A DNA stretch of 63,569 nt, filler included, from Octopus bimaculoides (lineage: Eukaryota), in the NCBI RefSeq assembly GCF_001194135.2. It is 4 parts of 4 records of this genome, joined end to end, with 100 filler letters (N's around TTAATTAATTAA, not from the genome) between each part and the next. Parts side by side here need not be neighbours in the genome. Positions count along the whole stretch, not along the records: positions 1 to 20,871 come from NC_069006.1; positions 20,972 to 40,201 come from NC_068988.1; 2 more parts are not named here. One strand, 5' to 3'. The notes beneath the pieces are model-generated. The model did not search any database. It worked only from the letters and a program-made list of their open reading frames with translations, and was not told where the DNA came from. A program made the translations under genes and the position numbers. Each line of letters starts with the position of its first letter. Position 1 is the stretch's first letter. This document shows positions 14,100-26,688 of the stretch, piece by piece.

Positions 14100-15920
14100 C
14101 AAAAATAACAGCTAAATTTCCCTCAAAACACTACATATAACATACAAACAGATGGGATGGGATGGCCACAGCCAGAACAACTTTGATTTAGAGCATGGCT
14201 GTCCAACCTGAGGCCCACAGGTCACATGAGGCCAACGGGTCACATGAGGCCCACGGGTCACATGAGGCCCACTTGATACCTTCTTGAAATGAGTTTATTT
14301 AAACAAATATTTTTAAAATTTTATCAAAAATCAAAGATTGTAATGAAAAGTAAAAAGAAAGATGCTACTGTTTTTGCAACAATAATATTTCATGTTGAAT
14401 CAATGATCATTCATTCATTATTGTAATAATAGCATGAGAGAGCAAAATGCTTTCAATTCTGTCAGTATACAAGTGGCCCTCAAAAAACTTTCTCTGATTA
14501 AAGTGGAACATAATGTAATTCGAGTTGGCATGGCCTGATTTAGAGTGACCTGGGGCTAAACGACAACAGCAACAAATAGCATTACTAAAGATGCTAAAAT
14601 AGCGGCTAAATATCTCTCAAATCACATCTTTAAAAAGTTACATCGGACTGTGTAACTTTTTATGTACAATATAAGGAGGCAAGCCGACAGAATCATTAAC
14701 ATGTCAGATAAAACGCTTAGTAGAATTTCTTCCAGCTCTTCACATTCCTAGTTCAAATTCTGCCAAAGTTAATTTTGCTGGTCATCCCTTCAGGGTCAAT
14801 AAAATAAGTACCAGTCGAATATTGGGGGTAATCAACTTGTCCTCACCACCACTCAAAAAAAAATGGCCTTGTGCCAAAATTTGAAATCATTGAATACAAA
14901 TAGATGGGATGATCACAGCTGGAACAACAGTAAAAAAAAAGCAGAGTCAATGCCATTGAAACAGTTAAAAATAACAGCCAAATATCACTCAAATCACTTC
15001 CTACAGTCCTTGAAAAGTTAGGTAAGGCTTTGTAGCTTGTGATATCAGATGGGGTGGTCACAGCTGGAAAACCTTTCATTAGGACTGACCTGGGGATAAA
15101 CAGCAACAAACAAAGTGTCAATGTCACTGAAACAACTAAAAATAGCAGCTAAATCTCCCTCAAATCACAACGTACAGTCTTTGAAAAGCTACACATAAGG
15201 ACTATGTCATCGTCATCATTTAATGACCATTTTCCATGCTGCCAGGAGTTGGATGACTCGACAGACACCAAGCTCTTCTGTCAGCTTTGGCATGGTTTCT
15301 ATGGCTGGATGCCCTTCCTAATGCCAACCACTTTACAGAGTCCACTGGGTGCCTTTTATGTGCCACCAGATTATGATATACAGGTGGAATGGTCACAGTT
15401 GGAATAGCTTTGATCACAAAGGTGTGTTAGATCAGGACTGACCTGGGGTTAAACAACTAAAAGGGACACATTAGCTAATATAGTCCTAGATACACTATGA
15501 GTAAAAGGTGGGATGGTCACAGCTAGATCATCTTTAATCATAGGTACATGGATCAACTTTGACCTGGGGTTAAACAATAAGGAAGGATACATTAAATAAT
15601 GTCGTACAAGGTACACAATGCCTTAACAAAAAGGAGAAAGGTAAGAGGTGGAACATCATTGATCACAGGTCTGCTGGATCTGAACTAACCTGGGGCTAAA
15701 CAACAAGATATACTATGTCTGAATAAAATATAAAATGGTAACAGAGCGAATATCTTTAATATTAGAGCTACTGGATCTGGAAAGACCTGGGGCTAAACAA
15801 CAAAGAAGAATAAATGAGATAATGTAGTCCAAAGTATACTATGACTGAATTAAAGAAAGGATGGCCGTGGCTAGGACGTCTTTAATCATAAGTGCGATGG
15901 ACCGGAGGGCTAAAACAAGA
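14100..15920 (+). repeat. Head-to-tail array of about 8 degenerate copies of a retroposon-like module, with nested insertions
   Basis: Recurring gatggtcacagct...gacctggggctaaacaac. A dispersed reverse copy lies at about 8120-8400. Confidence 0.75.
14194..14537. mobile_element. hAT (Charlie-type) MITE
   Basis: Exact 8-bp TSD atttagag (14186-93, 14538-45); ends catggctgtccaac / gttggcatggcctg; three internal 18-bp repeats ggtcacatgaggcccac. Confidence 0.85.
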
Positions 15921-15993
15921 CTCATAGAGGTGGAGTTCAACAGAGTTCAGCCACACCCTCCACGATGCCAGGCTGTATATGAATGTGTGTGTG

Positions 15994-16036
<43 letters not shown>

Positions 16037-16371
16037 NNNNNNNNNNNNNNNNNNNNNNNNNNNNNNNNNNNNNNNNNNNNNNNNNNNNNNNNNNNNNNNN
16101 NNNNNNNNNNNNNNNNNNNNNNNNNNNNNNNNNNNNNNNNNNNNNNNNNNNNNNNNNNNNNNNNNNNNNNNNNNNNNNNNNNNNNNNNNNNNNNNNNNNN
16201 NNNNNNNNNNNNNNNNNNNNNNNNNNNNNNNNNNNNNNNNNNNNNNNNNNNNNNNNNNNNNNNNNNNNNNNNNNNNNNNNNNNNNNNNNNNNNNNNNNNN
16301 NNNNNNNNNNNNNNNNNNNNNNNNNNTCTGTTGTTATTATTTGTATATTCTCCCATATATATATATATATG

Positions 16372-16596
16372 TGTGTTTGTGTGTCTGTGTTTGTCCCCCC
16401 AACATCACTTGACAACCGATGCTGGTGTGTGGTAACGTCCCCGTAACTTAGCGGTTCAGCAAAAGGGACTGATAGAATAAGTACTAGGCTTACAAAGAAT
16501 AAGTCCTGGGGTCTATTTGCTCGACTAAAGGTGGTACTCCAGCATGGCCACAGTCAAATGACTGAAACAAGTAAAAGAGTAAAAAGAGTAAAAGAG
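16372..16596 (+). mobile_element. SINE family A, 3' half
   Basis: ttgacaaccgatgctggtgtg...gactgaaacaagtaaaagag. Confidence 0.8.
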
Positions 16597-17254
16597 AGTA
16601 TATATATTTGTGGGTGTGCACACGTGTGTATGTGCGTGAGTGTCTGTATGCATGTATGTGTATGTGTGTGTGTGTTTGTGCATATATCTAACCACCTACT
16701 TTTATTGCAGCCCCAAGATTATGTGCCCTTTGCCCCTTCACCTCCAAATAAATTCTAATTTGCCCCTACATCTAGGGTAGAACAGAGGCCAGGCCCTCAA
16801 CAAGGGAGATACCAACCAGCAGCAGAGCGATGGTCAGGTGTTTACTTGCACCATCCAATATGAACCCTATACTACAGGCTAATCAGTTAATCTAACCATG
16901 CCCACCCATTACTGAACTTAAAAAGGATTAACCAGGGATTAAATAGAGAGTGGGATTACTTCTAGCCATTTGCATTTTCTCTGTTGTACTTAAGGTCATA
17001 TGTTTTAAACGTTCACACACAGCACACTAGTAAACACATGGACCAGACAATGAAATGCCTTCAGACACACACACACACACACACACNNNNNNNNNNNNNN
17101 NNNNNNNNNNNNNNNNNNNNNNNNNNNNNNNNNNNNNNNNNNNNNNNNNNNNNNNNNNNNNNNNNNNNNNNNNNNNNNNNNNNNNNGTGTGTGTGTGTGT
17201 GTGTGTGGTTGCCCTTGCATATATGCTTGTCCCTTGCAAACCTCTCCAGCTGAA

Positions 17255-17485
17255 CATCCCTAATCTTGTGGGCTCCTAGGTGCTGATGCCATGTAAAAAG
17301 TACCCATGCCAGTGCTCTGTAAAAGCACCCAGTACACACTGTAAATTAGTTGGTGTTAGGAAGGGCATTCAGCCATAGAGACCATACCCAAACAGAAATG
17401 CAGCCTGAACAACCCTTCAGCTCCTGTCAAACCATCCAACCCATGCCAGCACAGAAAAACGAATGTTAACTGATGATGATGATAC
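17255..17485 (+). mobile_element. RTE-type 3' end copy
   Basis: ttggtgttaggaagggcattcagc...(GAT)n. Confidence 0.7.
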
Positions 17486-17656
17486 AATGGGCTTTTTTCA
17501 GTTTCCATCTACCAAATCCACTCACAAGGCTTTGGTCAGCCCAGAGCTATAGGAGATGATGATTACGCAAGGTGCCACGCAGTGGGACTAAACCTGGAAC
17601 CATGTAGTTAGGAAGCAAACTTCTTACCACACAGCCATCCCTGCAACTATCCACAA

Positions 17657-17750
<94 letters not shown>

Positions 17751-17861
17751 CAATATCCAACAGATGTGAATACACATACACACACACAAACACATACACA
17801 CACAGGATATTGACCCAACACTGGTAAAGAATCTAAATTTCTAACATTCGGTTTCTGATAA

Positions 17862-18227
17862 ACATCACACTTTGACTGTTAAAGAGGAAAAAAATTCACA
17901 TACATACATTACACACATACATTGCACACATACATTGCACACATACATTGCACACATACATTGCACACATACATTGCACACATACATTGCACACATACAT
18001 TGCACACATACATTGCACACATANNNNNNNNNNNNNNNNNNNNNNNNNNNNNNNNNNNNNNNNNNNNNNNNNNNNNNNNNNNNNNNNNNNNNNNNNNNNN
18101 NNNNNNNNNNNNNNNNNNNNNNNNNNNNNNNNNNNNNNNNNNNNNNNNNNNNNNNACATACATTACATACATACATTACATACATACATTACATACATAC
18201 ATTACATACATACATTACATACATACA

Positions 18228-18258
<31 letters not shown>

Positions 18259-18400
18259 CATACATACATACATACATTACATACATACATTTTACTGACC
18301 CTCATAGGTGCATTGGGTTATGTACCAACAAATTTACACAAAAACCTAGAAAATACTAGAATTTTCAAAGAAAGAGCAAAATAAAATGATGTAGATTCTC
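17862..18400 (+). mobile_element. R4-type 3' fragment split by a 13-bp tandem array and a gap
   Basis: IGALGYVPTNLHKNLEN after the array; TVKEEKNS before it. Confidence 0.6.
17897..18290. repeat. 13-bp minisatellite (cacatacattgca)n grading into (catacattacata)n and (CATA)n
   Basis: Direct reading; contains a gap. Confidence 0.85.
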
Positions 18401-19557
18401 CAAACCCAATCTATTATTGGAACAGTGAAGATTTCTAAGACATTCCAAAGATTCTCCATCTGAGATTCTTCAGATGAATGATGCATACATCTATTCACCT
18501 ATTCAACCAACACACCAACTCAACCAAATATTTACAAACACTAGGAACTCTCCAAACTCAAAAGGTTATGTTGTTTTGTTAGCAACCATCTTGAACTTTC
18601 TTAGGAGTTTAAATAAGACTGAAAGAAAAAAACATACATCAGGATGAATGTTTCTTTTTGGTTGTGAAATGAGGGAAAACCGAAAGCAGACAAACAGTAT
18701 CTCCATCAATGACTTAACTGTTTCTCCTATATCTGATGAGGAATGTTACAGGCACGTTGGGCTAGATGAAAACATATCTTATGATAGTACCTGTAACAAG
18801 GAATTTATCACCAAAGCCAGATAAGAAAAACATGGACCTCAGCATTCTCTGTGTTCAATGCAATAGTGGCCCACAATGTGTTTGTAGTACCAGCACTTTT
18901 ACCAGTATTTGTGGTATTTTAATTGGATGCTTGATGAGATCCATGTCACTGATGTGAAAACCCAGAAGATACTAACCAGCACAAATAATTTTCACATCAA
19001 CAATGAGGTAGACTTTGTTTGTCTAAAACGCAAACAAGGAGGCAGAGGTTTAACATCAATCCAGACTGCCTTTGAATTTCACATCATATCCCTTCATCAA
19101 CATCTTTTAACCACCAAGTGTCAAAGTACATCCCTTGACCAGGTGTACATACAATACAAGGCAAATCTCAAGATACTTGGAAAGCAGGTCCTTAACAAAC
19201 ATTCCCAGTCTGATAACCTTGAATACATAATCAAAGCAATCCATGACAAACCAATGACTGCATCACTAACTCTCACTTTGAAGGATATGCATTTGCAATT
19301 CAGGGGCAGGAAATAGCAAGCAAATTCCTGATGCAGAAAAGGGAGCATAGAAGCAGAAAAACACCAAAATGTGATAACTGATGCACACCTTGTGGAGTTA
19401 ACACCAAAGATATCACCCACATCAGAAGCAGTTGTCTGAAAATGTCATCAGACTATTATCTAACAATAAGATATGATGTAGCTAAGACATTGTACAAAAG
19501 AAAAAAAGGTAAAGGTTACCTTCTTGAGTCATATCATCTCATAAGGCCAGTTTCCTG

Positions 19558-20050
19558 GTTTTCATCATCATCATTGTTTAACGTCCATTTTCCATGCTGG
19601 CATGGGTTGGACGGTTTGACTGAAGGCTGGAGAGCCAGAAGGCTGCATCAGTATCAAGTCTGATCTGACAAAGTTTCTACAGCGGATGCCCTTCCTAATG
19701 CTAACCACTCCAAGAGTGTAGTGGATGCTTTCACGTGCCACCAACACAAGGGCCAGTTAGGCAGTACTGGCATCGGCCATGCTCAAACAGTGCTTTTTAT
19801 GTGCCACCTGCACAGGAGCCAGTCCAGCGGCACTGGCAACTACCATGCTTGAATGGTGTGTTTTTACGCGCCACTGGAATGGGAGCCAGTCAGCGGCCCT
19901 GGCAATGATCATGCTCAAATAGTGCTTTTAACGTTCTACTGGCACAGGTGCCAATCAGGTGGTACTGTCATCAGCCACGACAGTAATTTCACTTGCCTCA
20001 ACAGGTCTTCACAAGCATAGTTTATTGTCCAATCATTGAAGGGTACTCTT
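19558..20050 (-). mobile_element. RTE-type 3' end copy with internal ~45-60-bp subrepeats
   Basis: Same family; repeated gtgccac...ggcactggcaa...atggtg units. Confidence 0.8.
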
Positions 20051-20084
20051 AAATGGGCTGGTTATACAGCACTGGCATGGGCCA

Positions 20085-20325
20085 CAGTTACGGTCACACT
20101 TGGCTTGCCAGATCTTCTCAAGCACAACATATCTCCAAAGGTCTCAGGGTATAAATTCTCCACCAGGATGGGATGCCAGTCCATTGTAGGGTTACTCATT
20201 TTTGCCAGCTGAGTGGACTGGAGTGATGTGAAACAAAGTGATTTACTCAAGAACACAACGTTGCCAGGTCCAGGAATCGAAACCACAATTTTACCATCAT
20301 AAGTCCAACACCTTAACCACTAAGC
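20085..20325 (-). mobile_element. SINE family D
   Basis: Reverse-complement; close to 53105-53342. Confidence 0.75.
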
Positions 20326-20915
20326 ATACAATGAGATCCGTCACAGTATCATCTTGATGCCAAAGAGCTAATGTGGTAGAAGTCGTAGCTGTTCATATGA
20401 AAGAGTATTGGTGGAATACCCCAGTGAAAAACTCAAAATTCGAACATGATAAACAAGACAAGATTTGGGACAGAGAAGAGAAGCTTATGTGCAGTAGTAG
20501 AAATCAGTTGCCCAACAAATGTCAACATAAAGAGAGAAAGAAAACACCTACGCAAAAGTATTGACAAATTTACAACTGCTCTAACTGGATTTCAAGTTCA
20601 GATTTATACTTGTAATTTTGGGGGCACTAGGATATGTAAAAAAGGGCCTTGGTACTAATCATGAGAAATTAAGCTTCTTGAAACCAGGAAGGAGAAAGCT
20701 AATTAGATGATTATACATACAAGTTATCAATGGAACCATAAAAATATGTAAAACTTTCTAAAAGTTTAGCCTTTAAGTACATGCCCAGACATGCAACTAT
20801 ATACATGAGAATACATACATAAAACAAAACATACAAATCTGCACATGCAATGACTCCATATATTGCACACANNNNNNNNNNNNNNNNNNNNNNNNNNNNN
20901 NNNNNNNNNNNNNNN

Positions 20916-20927
20916 TTAATTAATTAA
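20916..20927. other. Artificial six-frame-stop scaffold spacer TTAATTAATTAA inside Ns
   Basis: The identical 12-mer is embedded in N runs three times. Confidence 0.9.
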
Positions 20928-21025
20928 NNNNNNNNNNNNNNNNNNNNNNNNNNNNNNNNNNNNNNNNNNNNGTTGGTGTTGGTCTGTCTTTAGTTGTTGT
21001 TGGTGGTGTTGTTTCTGTTTTTGAC

Positions 21026-21227
21026 TCAGGTGGTGGTGTTGTTTGGTTGGGTTGGTTTGTTCGTTGTTGCCGTTCTTTCGTTTTCGCATATAGCTGCTTG
21101 ATCAGTTGTGCATACGGTGGTGTGGGTAATAATGCTGGTGTTTTGGGTTTTTGGTTTTCCCGTGGCTGTTGTTGTTGTTGTTGCTGTTGTTTCGCGGCAG
21201 AATTGCAGTCCTTTTGGAAGTGAGCTT
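21026..21227 (-). CDS. Terminal coding exon (202 nt): (R)SSLPKGLQFCRETT plus Thr-rich tail, TGA stop
   Basis: Acceptor (tcta)n tctag|, phase 2 matches the upstream exon. LPKGLQFCRET resembles the NXPE3 C-terminus LDMFLSFVCPLET. Stop at 21026-21028. Confidence 0.65.
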
Positions 21228-21228
21228 C

Positions 21229-21277
<49 letters not shown>

Positions 21278-21310
21278 TGGTAGATAGATTGATAGATTGA
21301 TAAATAGACA
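21229..21310. repeat. (GATA)n microsatellite abutting the terminal-exon acceptor
   Basis: Direct reading. Confidence 0.9.
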
Positions 21311-21444
21311 GATAGATGAGAAAGATCTGATTGATTTCGGTTTACGGAAATCATTCCTAGTCAAATATTCCTTGACAACACCACCAAATGATGGTTGAGT
21401 AACATCACAGTAACAGACCTATGTTATTGATAAGTAACACTTAC

Positions 21445-21506
21445 CTGAACCATTTTTTCCCAAAAGATTTAGTGAAAGATACTTCCATCTCCTCGTAACC
21501 ATTAAC
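21445..21506 (-). CDS. Exon (62 nt, phase 0 to 2): VNGYEEMEVSFTKSFGKKWF
   Basis: tattcgtag|GTT...CAG|gtaagt. VNGYE resembles NXPE VDAWE. Confidence 0.75.
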
Positions 21507-22605
21507 CTACGAATACAGTATACACATACAGCAGACATGATACTGTGGATCATCTTCACTTTGGTGGCTTTCCCTTTTAAATACAATAGCCAATGCTCCT
21601 CATATCTCTTTAACAATAGCCAGGATATATAAGATTATGTAACGGAAAATATTATATCATAGATTAATTGCAGCATAAAAGTTTCTGATCATAGAGAGAA
21701 CTGCAGGATTAGGTTTGATCTAGGGTCGAAAGAAAGACAGGAGCAGTAAATTCAGCAACATTAACACATTAATGTATATATAATGCCACCATTATACTAG
21801 AATATAGACCATGATGCCACACTACCTCACTGCCTGCTTTATTTAATATGTTCTCAATGAAGTATTAGATATCACAAATACACCATAACCTAATTATTAG
21901 CTGACGCTTAATGCATTTAAGCTTGTAACTACTAAATTTCTCACGAACTAACACTAATAACAAACTAATAACGAACTAAAATCTTGAACTAGATCCAGCT
22001 AGATATATGACCGTTATGAACACTTAACTATGAAATTAAATAAAAGCCAAGAGATTCAATTCAAACCAGAACTACTCCTAGAATCATACCAAACAATGGG
22101 AAAAATTCTTCTAACCCTTCTATACTTAGGACAACAATCGAGAATAATATTGCAATGATGAAGAACATGATATTACACAAAATGGCAAGCAAAGGAATGG
22201 GAACATACGTAAAAAAGAAACGTATAAATACCTACATTATCGCTACATAATCATTGACAAAACAGTTATATATAACGTACCATAGTGATCGCATAACAAT
22301 GTGTAATATATCAACTGCACTGCTATATATAGAATACCATCAAGAACATATTATCAAATACAGTTTCATATTACATATCACGACCATACTGCTATATCTA
22401 GTATTCAATCAACTACATCTTTACATGTAATGTGGTTTCAAGCCTTGGCTCAAGGAAATGACAAGTCAATTGCATTAACCACGATGTCCAGCGAGTATTT
22501 CTTTTATTCACCTCGGAGGGATGAAAAGCAAAGTTAACCACAGCAGCGGTTCAACTCACAATATAAAAAGCCGGAAGAAATGTCATTAATATTTTGTCCA
22601 ACTTC

Positions 22606-22812
22606 AAGGTGGTGAGCTGGCAGAAATATTAACGCGCCGTGCAAAATGCTTACCGGCATCTCGTCCGAGGTTTCGTTCTGAGTTCAAATTCCGCCGAGGG
22701 TGAATTTGCTTTTCATCTTTTCGAAGTCGACGAAAATAAGTACCAGTCAAAAAATGACGTCGATGTAACCGGCTTACCTCTCACCCACAATTGCTGGCCT
22801 AATGCTAAAATT
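22606..22812 (+). mobile_element. SINE family C
   Basis: Homologue with retained CpGs. Confidence 0.8.
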
Positions 22813-23451
22813 TCAGGCCAATATTCTGTCCAGCACGATAACAATTTTACCAGCTAGCCACCTAAATATCTTTACGGTGTAATATGAATGTATTAAATTA
22901 TCACGATCACAAGGCATTAACTATATATATAAATATGGGGTATAAATTATCCTGGCGGATACCGAATTATCTTATAAAATAGTATACATGCAGGCTATCC
23001 ACAACGTTCAAATTACATAGTACTCAAGTATAAACAGATATTAGTACTTGTAAGCTGCACTCTCGTCTTCGTTTTCAATTTATATAGATAAACATCAGAG
23101 ATCACAAGCTCACTACCATATATAATATGTATCATCGACTAAAGTAGTAGTTTTTCAAGGGGCATTGGTCCTGTGGAGAACTGTGGACAATTGACAAGGG
23201 AATATTGGTATGATTTATAAGAAAAATATGGAAACAGACGATTATGGCTTCACAATAAACGTTCTCATTAATTCTTGATAAACTTACTGCTTGTGACAAC
23301 GACGGAACTAGAGTGTTACACATACAAGCATACATGTTTGTGTGTGCATATATATATATAATTAGTGTACACTTAAACACAAAAGAGGTTAGCCTTAACA
23401 GGTCGCCTTACATGCTAGAAGGAACAGTCAAAAAGTCCAAACCATATATGA

Positions 23452-23490
<39 letters not shown>

Positions 23491-23492
<2 letters not shown>

Positions 23493-23697
23493 GGCGCATG
23501 GCTCAGTAGTTAGAGCGTCGAGCTTACGATCGCGTGGTTGTGAGTTCGAATCCCGGACTTGGCTGCGTGTTGTGTTCTTGAGCAAGACACTTTATTTCAC
23601 GTTGCTCCAGTTCACTCAGCTATAGAAATGAGTTGCGACGTCACAGGTACCAAGCTCTCAATGCCTTTCCCTTGGACAACACCTGTGGCGTAGAAAG
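23491..23697 (+). mobile_element. SINE family D (tRNA-derived head, intact A and B boxes)
   Basis: TGGCTCAGTAGTTAG ... GAGTTCGAATCC followed by the gttgtgttcttgagcaagacacttt body. Confidence 0.85.
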
Positions 23698-23751
23698 GAC
23701 CTGTTCACTGACAAAATTGTGATGCAGCACAATTTTGTCAGTGAACAGGTC
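23698..23751. repeat. Perfect 24-bp inverted repeat with 6-nt spacer
   Basis: gacctgttcactgacaaaattgtg-atgcag-cacaattttgtcagtgaacaggtc. Confidence 0.9.
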
Positions 23752-23866
23752 GCGGTCTCAAAGCGACGAAAATATTTTGACAAATTAAATTTAAATGTTG
23801 AAGTGAATCTGATGGCTTTTGTGTGTTATTTTAAATGGCTTATAAACGCCTTCCACGCTGCAATTG

Positions 23867-23914
<48 letters not shown>

Positions 23915-24975
23915 CGAAATAGCAATACTATCTCTACATACATTTAAAATACCATAAAATACTCTTTTTATATAGGGTCAACAACAGTGTATATAAATAA
24001 GATATCATTTTTAATAATATCATTAGTAATACTAGACGTTCGACAGTCTTTAATAAAAACATAAGAATAAGATCACACAAAATAACGTATCTCTAGTTAT
24101 GGCGTCTCTATAAATTAAGATAGTATTACCACGGTTGAAATGATTCTGATCACAATTATACATCATTGATTTACTGGATTAATAAACAATAACATAACCA
24201 TATAGCGTGTTAAGTTGATTCGCCTTATTTTCCACAAGATTATTCCTGAGAACTGCTCAATTTAATATACTTAGGCCATAAAATAATGACCAGGATATAT
24301 TATTCTATGACTGCATTCATATAGAAAGCACTTCTATGCAGCCGCACAACCTACAAGATATAGAAAATAGAAACCAAATCTCTGTCAAATTATGTTGTGA
24401 ACTTTAAGTAATGAGGAATATTGAATTATTGAATAACATCCTTATAGATAGTCCGTATGCTTGTGTGTGTATGTGTGTACGTATGTGTGTGTATGTGTAT
24501 GTGTATGTGTGAGTCTGTGTGTCTGTGTGTGTATGCGTCTGTGTGTGCACGTACGTGTGTACAGAATGAGAAAGAGCTGGAGTGATGGCCACTAATGAAA
24601 CGCTTTTCATTATAAATCTCTTAGGTCAGAACTGATCGGGAACTAACAATAGCAAGAGCAGCAGACATACAGACAGTAACAGCATTGCTTATCTAATCCT
24701 CTTTAGAGGCATAAGTGTCTGTCCATGGGAGCGATTTTTTGATGATTTCCGCTTAATTGTGCAGACCATTTGCAAATCCCTCCATGAAAAGGATGATAGG
24801 CTAGAAGAATTGAACTAATCTCTGCAAGACAACAAATTAGTATTACTACATGAGGTGCATGATTTCAACTTTCAGAATAAAGCTCTTCTATATGGAAACA
24901 TGACTAGGTAAAATCGAACGAATCATTAACTGTTTGTGTCTTACTCTATCCATCCATTCTCTCATAATTACTCAC

Positions 24976-25038
24976 GTATACCGCCTTGTAATGTCCTTTC
25001 CTATCATGTATCCCATTCAGGATGTCACTGTTCTGCAC
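24976..25038 (-). CDS. Exon (63 nt, phase 0-0): VQNSDILNGIHDRKGHYKAVY
   Basis: ttttttttcctag|GTG...TAC|gtgagt. Only frame 0 is open. Confidence 0.8.
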
Positions 25039-25182
25039 CTAGGAAAAAAAAAGTGTGAATAATAAAATCCTGCTCATCCCATATACTTACATACATTACG
25101 TCAATATCGTTCAGCCAAAAACACTTTAGAGCAGATGATAATTTAATTAAAGGGGGCAATTAAAACTCCCATCGATACTTAC

Positions 25183-25206
25183 TTGTATGTTTGGTTCCAT
25201 TTCAAA
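25183..25206 (-). CDS. Microexon (24 nt, phase 0-0): FEMEPNIQ
   Basis: gtcgctag|TTT...CAA|gtaagt. It fills the gap in the alignment to NXPE3 (EMEPNIQVQNSD vs ELGPEVSLFNSD). Confidence 0.6.
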
Positions 25207-25899
25207 CTAGCGACAATGTACATTAACAATTGATCTCTTCGTTGTTATAGAGACTACCATTGTTGTGGTAGCTAATTCATTGATTAGTATTCTTTTTTTA
25301 ATTATCGGGAGTGCTTTGAATCTGTTTTGAATCATTGAGCTTCGTTTTTCTTTCTCTTTTTTTTCCTTCTCTTTTTTTTCCTTCTACTGCTCAGAAATGG
25401 TACTTTTTTCTTTTATTTATTGCAATTATCGATATGATGTCACTGTGTCCACCATCTTTGATTATTTCAATTTGCACATTTGTATCACTTCCAAACTTCT
25501 ATTTCTAGTATTTATTTGTGGAACACCCTCGTTGATTATATTTACCTATTAAAGAATTAATTCTATTAGAACATATATGCTGGTTGTTGTTCAGTTGTTC
25601 CATGATATGGAGAATAGCATCTATTGTTAACAGTGCAATTCTCACCATAGTTAATTTCATTGCGGTTCGTGACTCTTTATTAATAGGACTTGTGTTCATA
25701 TTGAATAAACGCTGACATCAAACTCAACAACTAGGAGCAATTTGATTTACGTATTATTCTCTAGCATTTACAGTTCATCTTTGATCCCGTGGTCTCATGG
25801 GTCTTCAGGAAGTGAGATCTTTCGATTTTGCTCTTTCTACGAAAAGAGAATTGTTACTTTATGTAATGACCACTGTCATACGCAGTATTACAAGTTACT

Positions 25900-26523
25900 T
25901 AACGCGCAAGGGAAGTTTACCAATTATCTGTACTATGCCTGCCATAGCATCTTATTTAATGGCTTCATAGAATGGTGTCACACTTCTGCTCCTAGTCCTA
26001 AGAAGTACATGACCTAGCTTTCTGCACATAAAGTCATAATGAGTGACTATTTGGTGGGATGACAAAGACGTCATTCTTCTTGAATTTCTGCAATGTGACT
26101 GTACCGTTGACAGGAAGCGCTGTGCTGATACATTCAAAATGATTAGCGAAGCCACAAGTTGTAAGAGAACAAACAAGAATCTGGGAGTTACACTCACAAT
26201 GCATGAATACATACATCTTTGGCAACAAATCAGACAATTAGTAAATTTAGCTCATCAGTCATCCGCGTTACAGAACAATTATTTGAGGACATACACAAGA
26301 TGAAAGTGGCCCGGCTTTGAAGAAATATATACAACAGCGTACACCTGAAATTTTTCGAATTATATTCGTAAGTTGGTTTCGGCAATAGTACAATTGCATC
26401 GGCTGTGCAGTATATTTATGGAGTGGAATAGAAACTCTAACAGCATAAACAATTTGTAAGAGTAATGACAGATTAAAAAAATTGTAATGGCTCTTTTCCA
26501 TTACTTTTGATAGAACTCTCGAA
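25900..26523 (+). mobile_element. Old mariner relic (3' half plus right TIR)
   Basis: EWCHTSAPSPKK and TIWWDDKDVILLEFL resemble mariner catalytic-domain motifs; ends in ttacttttgatagaactctcg, a TIR-like sequence. Confidence 0.75.
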
Positions 26524-26639
26524 TGTTTTAGCACAAAACACATACATGCATACATTATACCTACCTACCAATCTACCTACCCACCTATCTAACTACATAC
26601 ATACATACATACACACATACACACACATAAATATATATG

Positions 26640-26688
<49 letters not shown>

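Larger units (their letters stand above)
18720..20830 (+). mobile_element. Decayed R4/Dong-type (RLE-endonuclease) non-LTR retrotransposon, interrupted by SINEs at about 19558-20325
   Basis: KTQKILT...FH...VD..L.RKQGGRGL; zinc-knuckle-like THIRSSCLKMS; WWNTPVK, IWDREEKL and VVEISCP.NVNIK endonuclease motifs; many stops and frameshifts. Confidence 0.85.

Noticed and set aside
23493-23566. tRNA gene
   Set aside because: A and B boxes are intact, but the sequence continues into a multi-copy SINE body and has no complete acceptor stem.
25091-25123. 33-nt candidate exon CFWLNDIDVMY
   Set aside because: It needs an AAG acceptor and a 52-nt intron, and does not fit the alignment.
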